64,000 bases of DNA from Longimicrobiales bacterium (lineage in GTDB: Bacteria > Gemmatimonadota > Gemmatimonadetes > Longimicrobiales > Gaopeijiaceae): positions 2,656,001 through 2,720,000 of the forward strand of contig OZ242008.1 in NCBI GenBank assembly GCA_965204735.1, given 5' to 3'. This document shows positions 37,901 to 46,510 of this stretch, one piece after another (position 1 is the first letter of the stretch; each line of letters starts with the position of its first letter). Under the pieces are notes generated by a model that worked only from the letters and a program-made list of their open reading frames with translations, ran no database searches and was not told the origin of the DNA. The translations under genes were made by a program, and so were the position numbers.

Positions 37901-40143
37901 TGGACCGGGGACTGGCCGGAGCGCTGGTGGGGCTGGCCCGCCACTCGGACCGCGTGCTGACGCCGGCCAACGGCGCCGGCCGGATCGGAGACGCCAGGGC
38001 GGAGCTGGAGCACCGGCTGCTGACCGTGTTCCGGCAACGGGTGGAGTGCCAGCCGATGGACGACGACGAGCGCCGGGAACTCGTTCGGAGCGTGCAGGCC
38101 CGCGTGGTCGATCTGCTCGACTCGTGGGGCGCCGTCGCCGACGACTACCGGCAAGCGGGCGGCGGCGTCCAATACCAGAAGTACGAACAGCCGCCGCTGC
38201 CGCCGCTTCTCCGGGAGATGCTCGACACCGAGTTCGAGTCCGAGAGCCACCGGCACTTCCGGGCCAACCGGTCCCTGCGCGACGTGGAGCCGGAGGTCGC
38301 CGTCTCCCTAGAGGAGCCGGGCTCAGGGCGCGTCACGAGCCCCAAGTCCGCGAGCAAGGCCCATGGCCGCATCCGTCGCGGCCAAGTCGTCTCCACTTGG
38401 GGACCCGGCGCCCTGATCGACCTGCCGCACCACTCGGCGATCATGGGCGGGGTGGAGACTTGGCCCGGCGAGGGTGGGTTGCAGGAGGTTCTCGAGCCGC
38501 GTCTCACGGCCAAGCTCGACCACATGACCGGCGTGCACGCTCCCAGGCTGTACGCTCCCCCGGCAGCGGACGACGGCTTTCGGGGGTCGGGGCCGAAGAT
38601 CGGGGCGCGTCGCTTTCCCGAGTGGTTCGTGGTGCAGGAGAGCCATACGGGCGACCGCCGGCTCGTGCACCGCAAGCACCTCGACGAGAAGCGCAGGTTC
38701 GACGGGCGGCCCGTGGTCGCCACCCGTTTCGTTCGCGCCTGCCCCCGAGGCCACATCGACGATCTGGACTGGCGGCGCTTCGTGCACCCCGACGACGACG
38801 ATCCATGCCTGGGCGGGCTGCCCCGTCAGCTGTGGCTCGAAGAGCGGGGGACTTCGGGCGACCTGTCCGACCTTGTGGTGCGATGCGGGTGCGGCAAGAG
38901 CCGCCGCCTGTACGAAGCCGGAGACCCGGAGCTGAACGCCCTTGGCAGGTGCACGGGGGCGCGTCCATGGCTGGGCAGCGACGCAGGCGAGCCGTGCGGC
39001 CAGCCGGCCCGTCTCCTCGTCCGCACCGCCACCAACGCCTACTTCCCGCAGATCGTGAGCGTGCTGTCGCTCCCTGACCCCGGGTCGGCGGTGCGAGGCG
39101 CCGTCGTCGAGCTGTGGGACGACCTGGGGATCGTGGACGACGCGGCGGAGCTGGCGCTGATGAAGAAGAAGCCCAAGGTGGCCCAGCTGCTGGAGCCGTT
39201 CTCCGACGAACAGGTGCTGGAGGCGATCGGCGCCGTGAAGGCCGGCGCGGACGCGGACCGCCCCGTGAAGCAGGTCGAACTCGACGCCATCCTGGCCGCC
39301 CCCGAAGGCTTCCGGGACGACCCGCCCATCGACCCGGACTTCCACGCCCGGCGGCTTCCCGACCGACTATGGCGCCGCTCGGGCCGTTCCAAGGAAGTCG
39401 CGTCGGTCGTCCGGCTTCATCGCCTGCGGGAAGTCCTGGCGCTCGTCGGCTTCACGCGCTTCGAGGCGGTCACGCCCGACATCCACGGCGAACTCGAGAC
39501 CGACGTGGTGCGTGCGGACTTGGCGCGCGATCCGTCTTGGTTCCCAGCCGTGGAGAACCGAGGCGAAGGCGTGTTCGTGCAGCTGGACGCCGACGCCGTC
39601 GCCGCGTGGCAGGAGCGGTCAGCGGTCCAGGAGCGGGTGGCCCAGCTCGCCAAGGGGCACGAGAGATGGCAGGCGACCCGCAAGACCAAGCGCGACTTCC
39701 CGGGCGGCCCCTACGTCCTGCTGCACACCCTTTCCCACCTGCTGATCCACTCCCTGGCGATCCGTTGCGGCTACCCGGCCAGCGCGATCCGTGAGCGCGT
39801 CTACGCCGACGCCGCCGCTCGCTTCGGCATCCTCCTGTACACCGGAAGCCCCGATGCCGAGGGGACGCTGGGCGGCCTCGTGCAGCAGGCCCGCAGCATC
39901 GAGGACCACCTGGAACACGCCCGCGAGACGGGGGCGCTCTGCTCGAACGACCCGGTGTGCGCCCAGCACCTGCCCGGTGCCGACGACATGGAGGGCAGGC
40001 TGCTGAATGGGGCGGCGTGCCATGGCTGCGCCCTCGTCGCCGAGACGTCGTGCGAGATGCGCAACGACTACCTCGACCGCGCCCTCGTCGTGCCCGTGCT
40101 CGGCCACCCCGACGCGGCGTTCTTCGGTTCCGCCAGGAGTTGA
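34948..40143 (+). CDS. drmA-drmB: Fused DISARM helicase DrmA + DUF1998 protein DrmB (1731 aa)
   Basis: DrmA: WRSFQLAF, FPTGGGKTEAY, MRYTLRLLT, QDELHL, ASTAT, ATNMISVG, QATSRVGR, SLRDVE. DrmB: RRGQVVSTWGPGALIDLP, RFVRAC..GH, ENRGEG, LLHTLSH, EGTLGGL, CSNDPVC..ACHGC..ETSCE. Confidence 0.9.
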   Translation: MTSPEVRERLAEALLLDLVGPPPGHRLADEMLPQRWRPSVWYLTGFLIPSDAPPEDAADLDEEDDLGETPASPGLSEESAEDRRAAKKGFFPSSMGLSFLAAAEASALKVVVSWGDYRRADGPEKQKVWQRFPRRATVRVPLGRGQAATDHQVPDSDGLRLHIVERDVDVAKFLGGIPEGTRALSVFLVNGRWPAPPGDRDRDTTYVFQPEVAVKCDQPFVPRPNPRGFSAEEWDEQVADLHYADTPSYATGHGVSGEWEIDADGVCRRVRTAWMPSAEVEVVKTQEVYGAELGMEALGALRDGAAAQVALAPVVAEYRAWIAAQRDDLAALPGRRRETAEKLVQQAESAADRIERGVQLLSQDEAVLDAFRVANRSVARALRQRLDDDANPEGPQWRSFQLAFVLLNLPGLADPADPDRKIVDLLFFPTGGGKTEAYLGLAATAMVLRRLRNREPDGGHGGAGVCVVMRYTLRLLTFDQLTRAAGLVCALELEREGNPTRYGQWPFEIGIWVGKAATPNVMGRKGGKASSGSARSKTLRYKENPLGRPAPIPLEDCPWCGKRFQPDAFDLLPDSDKPRDLRIVCTNFDCDFSGDRPLPIVAVDEPLYRRLPAFLVATVDKFAALPWTGPCGLLLGGADRADKHGFYGPADPARGRPLPAPVPPPDLIVQDELHLISGPLGTMAGLYETAIEALCTANAETDSPGSPKIVASTATVRQAANQVQALFARPETQVFPPHGPSRRDSFFAKTVSSDELPARRYVGIAAQGRNPKVIMRRVVLALMGAAEKAYRECGGPRNHPNPADPYMTLVGYFNSLRELGGARRILEEEVGNTLKRIGDRRRVGEGQGLFWSRKKFREVMELTSRVPTNKVAQARHRLGRSFGPPAGSGSAPVDCAIATNMISVGLDIMRLGLMVVQGQPKTSAEYIQATSRVGRDHGRPGLVVTLLGMYRPRDRSHYERFRSYHETFYRSVEVTSVTPFSTRALDRGLAGALVGLARHSDRVLTPANGAGRIGDARAELEHRLLTVFRQRVECQPMDDDERRELVRSVQARVVDLLDSWGAVADDYRQAGGGVQYQKYEQPPLPPLLREMLDTEFESESHRHFRANRSLRDVEPEVAVSLEEPGSGRVTSPKSASKAHGRIRRGQVVSTWGPGALIDLPHHSAIMGGVETWPGEGGLQEVLEPRLTAKLDHMTGVHAPRLYAPPAADDGFRGSGPKIGARRFPEWFVVQESHTGDRRLVHRKHLDEKRRFDGRPVVATRFVRACPRGHIDDLDWRRFVHPDDDDPCLGGLPRQLWLEERGTSGDLSDLVVRCGCGKSRRLYEAGDPELNALGRCTGARPWLGSDAGEPCGQPARLLVRTATNAYFPQIVSVLSLPDPGSAVRGAVVELWDDLGIVDDAAELALMKKKPKVAQLLEPFSDEQVLEAIGAVKAGADADRPVKQVELDAILAAPEGFRDDPPIDPDFHARRLPDRLWRRSGRSKEVASVVRLHRLREVLALVGFTRFEAVTPDIHGELETDVVRADLARDPSWFPAVENRGEGVFVQLDADAVAAWQERSAVQERVAQLAKGHERWQATRKTKRDFPGGPYVLLHTLSHLLIHSLAIRCGYPASAIRERVYADAAARFGILLYTGSPDAEGTLGGLVQQARSIEDHLEHARETGALCSNDPVCAQHLPGADDMEGRLLNGAACHGCALVAETSCEMRNDYLDRALVVPVLGHPDAAFFGSARS

Positions 40144-40155
40144 CCACGGAGCGGG

Positions 40156-40183
40156 TTGACCCCCGGCCAAGACCCGGTAGCTT
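40156..40183 (+). promoter_or_regulatory. Putative sigma70 promoter directly after drmAB
   Basis: TTGACC-N16-TAGCTT. Confidence 0.35.
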
Positions 40184-40238
40184 ACCTTGCCCAAGGAGAC
40201 ACCACCGTCCCAAGTCTCATTCTGTTTGCGAGGATGAC

Positions 40239-40427
40239 ATGAGGACCAGATTCTGGGTCGAGGAGGATCCCCAGGAGATCCAGAGGCGCACGCTGGAGAG
40301 GCTGAGGAACATGCCCCAGGAGGACCCTCGGGAAGAGGCGCGCAAGATCGAGCGCGAGACGCTCCGGCGGCTCCAGGGGATGGCGGAAGAACCGTGGACG
40401 GAGGGAGCTGGCTCGCCGTCCTCATGA
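40239..40427 (+). CDS. Small charged hypothetical protein (62 aa)
   Basis: GAGGA RBS, upstream promoter-like motif, internally repeated helical sequence. Confidence 0.45.
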   Translation: MRTRFWVEEDPQEIQRRTLERLRNMPQEDPREEARKIERETLRRLQGMAEEPWTEGAGSPSS

Positions 40428-40640
40428 ACCGTTCCGCACTCCGGCCCCAACGTCCCGTGTGGAGCCCGGAGCCGGGACGAGTCAGCCCGTCGCCGAGCCA
40501 TGGCCCGTAAGTGACGTCTTGATGATGCGAATGTTTGTCTCGTCTTCGTCGATCTGCCAGGCTACCCTCTCCGCCACGAGGTGACGTCCGGTTCCGTTGC
40601 AAAGGTTCCGGCCCGTTCTCAGCAAATGGGGCGCCTCTCT

Positions 40641-41975
40641 ATGGCAACCGACACCATCGCCGAGATCGACCGACTGAAGGCCGAACTGGACAGCCTTCGT
40701 CCTCTGTCGCCGGACGCGGTCGGCCGCTTGACGCAGAAGTTGCGGATCGAGTGGAACTACCACTCCAACGCCATTGAAGGGAACGCTCTGACCCTGGGCG
40801 AGACGCGGACACTGATCCTCCACGGCCTCACCGCTCGCGGCAAGCCTATGCGGGACCACTTGGACATCGAAGGCCACGACGACGCTGTGAAGGCGGTCGA
40901 GGAGGCGGTTGGAGAGGGCGACGCGCTCAACCAAGCCTTCGTTCGCAATCTGCACAGAGTCCTCCTGAAGGAGCCCTACGAGATGCCCGCCGAAGCCCCC
41001 GACGGGCGACGCGCAATGCGGCCTATCGCGGTCGGCCAGTACAAGGAAATGCCCAACAACGTGCGGACGCAGACGGGCGAGATGCATTTCTTTGCACCAC
41101 CGGAGCAGGTCCAGCCGATGATGAGCGACTTGATCGACTGGTACCGGGCCAAGGAGGCCGAGGGCGAACACCCCATCGTCGTAGCGGCCACTTTCCACTA
41201 CCGCTTCGTCCAGATTCATCCATTCGACGACGGGAACGGCCGCATGGCTCGTCTATTGATGAACTTGGTCCTGATGAGGCACGGGTACACCATCGCCATG
41301 GTCCAGCGAGACGGCCGGGATCGATACATCGCCGAGATCGAGCAGGCGCAGGCGACGGGGAGCCTAGCCGGGTTCATTCGGTACATCGCCGAGTGCTGCC
41401 GGTACAGCCTGGAGCTGCACTTGCGAGCCGCTCGCGGACAACCCATGGAAGAGCCCGACGACATCGACCGTGAGATCGCCGTCTTCAAGCGCTCGATGGT
41501 TGCGGCCTCGAGCGGAAGCGTCCCGGTTCAGGTTTTTGTCGCAGACGTTCTGCTTCCTCTGTACAGCTACTTGCAAGAAAAGGCAGGATCGCTGGCGGCA
41601 CTCTTTTCCAGCAGCGGCATTGGAGGGACGCTGACGACAGTTGGGAAAGAGGGAGAGCCACAAGAGGTACAGTTACCTTTCACCGGCAAGCTAGATGACC
41701 TTCCCCAGAACGCGATGTCTTTGCGGGTGTTTTTTGCTGCCGACCTGGATGGTTTTCGGACAAGTGGGCTAGGCTTGTCCTTAGCGGTAACGCGAACAGA
41801 AGACGGCGAGTGGACGCTTAACGTCTCTAGCGCTGACCTGACGGATAGAACCAAGAAGCTTATCACGGCTTCCCACGCCGGCGACGACCTTGGTGAACTC
41901 AAGAAGTGCGTCAACGTCGTCATGCGACAGCTCATGGCGGCGCTCAAGCAGGTGCACGACCAATCTCGTTCCTAA
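40641..41975 (+). CDS. Fic family protein with C-terminal extension
   Basis: Canonical HPFDDGNGRMAR motif; N-terminal SNAIEGN inhibitory-type motif. Confidence 0.92.
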   Translation: MATDTIAEIDRLKAELDSLRPLSPDAVGRLTQKLRIEWNYHSNAIEGNALTLGETRTLILHGLTARGKPMRDHLDIEGHDDAVKAVEEAVGEGDALNQAFVRNLHRVLLKEPYEMPAEAPDGRRAMRPIAVGQYKEMPNNVRTQTGEMHFFAPPEQVQPMMSDLIDWYRAKEAEGEHPIVVAATFHYRFVQIHPFDDGNGRMARLLMNLVLMRHGYTIAMVQRDGRDRYIAEIEQAQATGSLAGFIRYIAECCRYSLELHLRAARGQPMEEPDDIDREIAVFKRSMVAASSGSVPVQVFVADVLLPLYSYLQEKAGSLAALFSSSGIGGTLTTVGKEGEPQEVQLPFTGKLDDLPQNAMSLRVFFAADLDGFRTSGLGLSLAVTRTEDGEWTLNVSSADLTDRTKKLITASHAGDDLGELKKCVNVVMRQLMAALKQVHDQSRS

Positions 41976-41984
41976 ACCCCAGGC

Positions 41985-42172
41985 GAACCAGCATCGCCAT
42001 CGTCGGAAAGCAAGCGACTTCCCCGAGGGCGACGGGACTTCCGGCAACCGCGTCCGCCGTGCGTCCGCGAAGCTCCTGTGCGACAGCGCCACGAGCCAAG
42101 AAGCAGGTCAAGGCTGCAAGAGTCCACAAATACGGCCAACGACCTTGCTGTCGGCCCGCAGTTCACCGTCAT
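41985..42172 (-). pseudogene. Truncated, frameshifted 5' remnant of a carboxypeptidase-regulatory-like domain gene
   Basis: ATG overlaps the upstream stop; pieces MTVNCGPTARSLAV / LWTLAALTCFLARGAVAQELRGRTADAVAGSPVALGEV / LLSDDGDA across two frameshifts resemble the neighbour's AQRIQGRASDVWTGGPIAFAEVALL. Confidence 0.55.
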
Positions 42173-42906
42173 CCTGGCGGGTTCCAGTGCGTCTTCCAGT
42201 CAAAGTCGGACGTGAACAGATACACCCGTGCACCTCCTTCCCGCACGGTGACGACCATGGCGATCGACTCCATGTCGACGCTGTCGATGTGTTCGTTGGG
42301 CACCATGCGTCCGTCCACGTACAGCTGGCCGCATCTGTCGAACAGAGCAAGCACGCACACGCGACGAGCGTGGGACACGGGAATGTACAGCCAGCGCAGC
42401 ATCCCTGTGTTGTTCTTGCTCCTCGTCTTGGCCTCCTCCAGTCGGGCGCCCCGGATCAGTCGGAAGCCCTTCTTGGCGTTCGGATGGCCGCCAAGCTCGC
42501 GACTCAGCCAGTTCTCGGCGGTCTGCCGACCCGTGAACACGTCCAGGCCTTGAAGCGGAACCGCTTCGGGCTGGGCCTCCAACTCCACGTCGTACGTCGT
42601 CCCTTCCGTGACCGCTAGCAGCGGCGACCGGACGGTCGTGTAGCCGATGCGCTGCACGGCGACGTAGTACTCGCCGCCACCGGGCGCCTCCAGCACGAAA
42701 CGGCCCTCGGAATCGGACTGCGCGGCCACGACCGGCAGTTCGTCTCGACCCAGCAACGCGACTTCCGCGAAAGCTATCGGTCCCCCTGTCCACACGTCCG
42801 ACGCGCGTCCTTGAATTCTTTGCGCCGCAACATCGTGAACCATGCCGACGAGGTGCAGGACGGCGCAAGCGACCAAACCGCCCCTTGCCGCAGACGTTGT
42901 GGTCAC
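42169..42906 (-). CDS. Carboxypeptidase-like regulatory domain protein
   Basis: Signal peptide, IQGRASD..TGGPIAFAEVALL, SDSEGRFVL, YYVAVQRIGY, LYVDG. GTG overlaps the upstream stop. Confidence 0.75.
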   Translation of the reverse strand: MTTTSAARGGLVACAVLHLVGMVHDVAAQRIQGRASDVWTGGPIAFAEVALLGRDELPVVAAQSDSEGRFVLEAPGGGEYYVAVQRIGYTTVRSPLLAVTEGTTYDVELEAQPEAVPLQGLDVFTGRQTAENWLSRELGGHPNAKKGFRLIRGARLEEAKTRSKNNTGMLRWLYIPVSHARRVCVLALFDRCGQLYVDGRMVPNEHIDSVDMESIAMVVTVREGGARVYLFTSDFDWKTHWNPPG

Positions 42907-44147
42907 GGATCCCGTCGCAGTCGATGGACGCGCGGGTGCTCGACCCCCAGCGAGTCCGTCCACACGCCGATCACCAGATCTCCCTCCACGCTCATGACCT
43001 GCAACCCCTCCATCACGTCCACCTTTCCAAGCCACGTACCGGTGGAATCCAACACTTGCCAGACCTCCGGTCCTCCCTGCTCGCTCCGGCCCAGGTACGG
43101 ACGCAGCCAGATCGCGGCTTCCGCGTCCACCCGGACTTGTGCGTATGCGGGACGCTTCTCGGGATCCGGCAGTTGAGCGACGATCTGACGCATGAGAGGG
43201 TGCGGATCGACGCCCAAGCGAGCGGCGCGTTCGGCAGCGACGACGTCCTGCGTCAGGTCCAGTGGGTAGTCGACCAACCGGAGTATGCGCAACAGCCTAC
43301 CCGACGGAGCCAGCTCCTCGACCTGCATCGCGTTCCCGTTGCCGCGAAAGATCGCATTGCCATGGGTGGCAACGTGCGCCCTCCGGCCGAAGATCGGCAC
43401 GGCTGCCCCGCTGGGTCCGCCTTCCACGGCGAACATGTACTCCTCGTAGCCCGCGGTTCGGCCGATGCTGTCCAGTCGCGTACCGCCGATGTCGTACCGC
43501 CAGAGCGCGTTGGGACGTCGAATCATTCCGCCGGAGCCTTGGTACTCGACCATGGACGCATAGCCGGACACGACCACGACCTCCGCGTCCCCCAACGCAT
43601 GAATGGAGACCACGTAGCCCGGCAAGCGGACGACTCGTGCCAAAGCTCCGTCCGGTCCAAGAACCGTCATGCGCCCGTCGTAGTCGAGCACAAGCAACGT
43701 GTCGGACGTGGTCCGGGAGACGCCCCGTATGTTGGTGAACTCGCCCGGGCCCTCGCCTTCTCGGCCCGTAGCAGTACGGAACTTGCCGTCGGGCGAATAG
43801 AAGCGGACTTCGTGCGACCCGCCGTTCGCAACCGCGATGGAGCCGTCCGACAAGCGGACCACACCGCGTACCCGGTCGAACGTGTGCGGGCTGCCCGTGC
43901 CGGACGCCGCCAAGTCGAGGACAGGCGCGGGGTCGATGTGCCACTTGCTCGAATCCCCCCAAGCCGGGCGACTGCTCTCCACGATGCGGACGCCGGCGCT
44001 GTCCCGCCGTTCGACCTCGAAAGGCCGGGCGTTCCCTGCATCGCCGGAACACGCCGCAAGAAGCGCGGCTGACAGCGCCGGCCAGGATGTCCGTCGGGCG
44101 AAGCGGCTGGTCGTCGGGCGACTCGATTGGCTGGCTTCATGAACCAT
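42903..44147 (-). CDS. 6-bladed beta-propeller lipoprotein
   Basis: Lipobox LAAC, RDSAGVRIVE, FYSPDGKFRTATGREGEGPGEF, WTDSLGVEH. Confidence 0.8.
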   Translation of the reverse strand: MVHEASQSSRPTTSRFARRTSWPALSAALLAACSGDAGNARPFEVERRDSAGVRIVESSRPAWGDSSKWHIDPAPVLDLAASGTGSPHTFDRVRGVVRLSDGSIAVANGGSHEVRFYSPDGKFRTATGREGEGPGEFTNIRGVSRTTSDTLLVLDYDGRMTVLGPDGALARVVRLPGYVVSIHALGDAEVVVVSGYASMVEYQGSGGMIRRPNALWRYDIGGTRLDSIGRTAGYEEYMFAVEGGPSGAAVPIFGRRAHVATHGNAIFRGNGNAMQVEELAPSGRLLRILRLVDYPLDLTQDVVAAERAARLGVDPHPLMRQIVAQLPDPEKRPAYAQVRVDAEAAIWLRPYLGRSEQGGPEVWQVLDSTGTWLGKVDVMEGLQVMSVEGDLVIGVWTDSLGVEHPRVHRLRRDP

Positions 44148-44204
44148 GATGACCAACTTCCTCGCGAGCCGGTGGAGGCTCCAGTGCGTCGCCTCTCCCA
44201 GAGC

Positions 44205-46510
44205 CGGGCGGGGCGTCAGCCTGCTGGCAACCATGTGCAGCCCTCGGTGTCGATCCGGTAGGCGCGGACCAGCGTCTCCAGCCCGTCTTCGGATGCGTTC
44301 AGCCGGCGGTCGAGCAGGAACAGGGTGTCCCGAGCGACCGTGTGCACAGCGCGCATCTCCGTCCAGTGGGGCACCAGACCGTCCACGCAGGCGGTCTGCC
44401 GGTCGCGGGCGACGACGGTAACGTAAATGTTCCCGGAGATCGTTCCCGTGGGCTGCACGCCCTCCAGCACCTCGTCGTGGTGAATGACCACGGTCTCGCC
44501 GCTGCTTAGACGGTAGAATCCCCGAAGGATTGAGCTGAGTTCGAGGCCCGCCGACCTGAATCCCGAGTCGTCCAGCCGCTGCTGAATATCGTCGGGCACG
44601 CCTCGACGACGGACCGCCGGCACATGCAGGGTATCAAGCACGCGTCCGGCCGTGGTGGCGAGGTATGCCTCGTTCAGCCCCGACATCGCCACCAGCATGG
44701 TGTCCTTCCAAGCGACAACGCTGCCCATTGAATGGAATGCGACGAAGCGTCCGGTGCCCCCGTCCTGACGAGTGGCGGAGCGCACGTAGGGTTCCGGCAA
44801 CGGGACCATGTAAGCGATGGCGGAATCCGGATAGGGCCACACCGCTGCGATCGTCCTCTTCGCCACATCCCGCGACGCGAAGACCACACCGCGCGCCGTG
44901 ACCGAAGCGCCGCCCAGGCCAATCCGGCCAGAGTAGCGGTAGGCCCCCAGATAGTCCCCGTCGTCGCGGGAGAACAGCTGGAAGATGTCGCGTCGGTCGT
45001 CGGTGCCGACGATTACCGAATCGCCCAGAACAAACGTCGGTCCAAGGTCGGAGAACTCGCCGGGGCCGGGACCCGGACGGCCGTAGCTCTGGACGACGCG
45101 ACCGTCTCGCCCGAAGCGGAGCACTCGGTCTTCGAAGAAGTCAGAGACCAGGAACGACCCGTCCAGCGTGTCCACAACCAAGTTGAAAGGGTTGCCCAGG
45201 TAGACCCGGTCGGAGGCTTCAAGCGGGATGCTGTCCACCGGAAGGACCAACGGTCCCACCGACGGGTTGCCGACAACGACATCCGACCCGCTCCCGCACC
45301 CGATCACAAACACGGCACAGCAAGCTGCCGACAGCGCAGGCGATGGATGTGCGGCACGCATCGCCCCCGTTGTGCGTCTGTGGCCGCTGGACCCGGGGCG
45401 GGGCGTCAGCCTACCGGCAACCACATGCAGCCCTCGGTGTCGATCCGGTAGGCGCGGATCAGAGTCTCCAGCCCGTCTTCGGATGCGTTCAGCCGGCGGT
45501 CGAGCAGGAACAGCGTGTCGCGAGCGACCGTGTGCACGGCGCGCATCTCCGCCCAGTGGGGCGCCAGACCGTCCACGCAGGCGGTCTGCCGGTCGCGGGC
45601 GACGACGGTAACGTAAATGTCCCCGGAGATCGTCCCCGTGGGCTGCACACCCTTCAGCACCTCGTCGTGATGGATGACCACGATCTCCCCGCTGCCCAGA
45701 CGGTGGAATCCCCTGATGGCCGAGCTGAGTTCGAAGCCCGCCGATCTGAATCCCCAGTCGTCTAGCCGCTGCTGAATGTCGTCGGGCACGCCTCGACGCC
45801 GGACCGCCGGCACATGCAGGGTATCCAGCACGCGTCCGGCCGTGGTGGCGAGATATGCCTCGTTCAGCCCCGACATCGCCACCAGCATGGTGTCCTCCCA
45901 GGCGACGACGCTGCCCGCCGAACGAAATGCCGAATAGCGTCCGGTGCCCCCGTCCTGACGAGTGGCGGAGCGCACGTAGGGTTCCGGCAACGGGACCATA
46001 TAAGCCATGGCGGAATCCGGATAGGGCCACACCGCTGCGATCGTCTTCTTCGCCACATCCCGCGACGCGAAGACCACACCGAGCGCCGTGACCGAAACGC
46101 CGCCCAAGCCAATCCGGCCAGAGTAGCGGTAGGCCCCCAGATATTTCCCGTCGTCGTGGGAGAACAGCTGGAAGACCTTGCGTCGGTCGTCGGTGCCGAC
46201 GATTACCGAATCGTCCAGAACAAACGTCGGCCCAAGGTCGGAGAACTCGCCGGGGCCGGGACCCGGACGGCCGTACGTCTGGACGACGCGACCGCCCCGC
46301 CCGAAGCGGAGCACTCGGTCCTCGAAGAAGTCGGAGACCAGGAACGACCCGTCCAGCGTGTCCACGACCAAGCTGAAGGGGTTGCCCAGGTAGACCCGGT
46401 CGGAGGCTTCGAACGGGATGCTGTCCACGGGAAGGACCAACGGTCCCACCGGCGGGTTGCCGACGACATCCGGACCGCCACCGCACCCGGACGCAAGTGC
46501 GGCACAGCAG
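44205..46510 (-). repeat. Gene-scale tandem duplication (two ~1.19-kb units)
   Basis: Long near-identical stretches, e.g. tgcagccctcggtgtcgatccggtaggcgcgga near 44236 and 45426; the shared region extends past the stop codons. Confidence 0.9.
44216..45361 (-). CDS. Beta-propeller lipoprotein, copy B
   Basis: Lipobox-like VIGC, RFGRDGRVVQSYGRPGPGPGEF. ATG at 45361 lies inside the track's 777-aa ORF. Confidence 0.78.
   Translation of the reverse strand: MRAAHPSPALSAACCAVFVIGCGSGSDVVVGNPSVGPLVLPVDSIPLEASDRVYLGNPFNLVVDTLDGSFLVSDFFEDRVLRFGRDGRVVQSYGRPGPGPGEFSDLGPTFVLGDSVIVGTDDRRDIFQLFSRDDGDYLGAYRYSGRIGLGGASVTARGVVFASRDVAKRTIAAVWPYPDSAIAYMVPLPEPYVRSATRQDGGTGRFVAFHSMGSVVAWKDTMLVAMSGLNEAYLATTAGRVLDTLHVPAVRRRGVPDDIQQRLDDSGFRSAGLELSSILRGFYRLSSGETVVIHHDEVLEGVQPTGTISGNIYVTVVARDRQTACVDGLVPHWTEMRAVHTVARDTLFLLDRRLNASEDGLETLVRAYRIDTEGCTWLPAG

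Noticed and set aside
40482..40600. Minus-strand fragment RVAWQIDEDETNIRIIK resembling a RelE/YoeB C-terminus
   Set aside because: Too short, with no start or supporting N-terminal motif; cannot be supported without a profile search.
24741..42172. Classical tRNA-integrated element or prophage
   Set aside because: The island lies on the 5' side of the tRNA; no integrase, duplicated tRNA 3' end, or phage or conjugation genes were seen.
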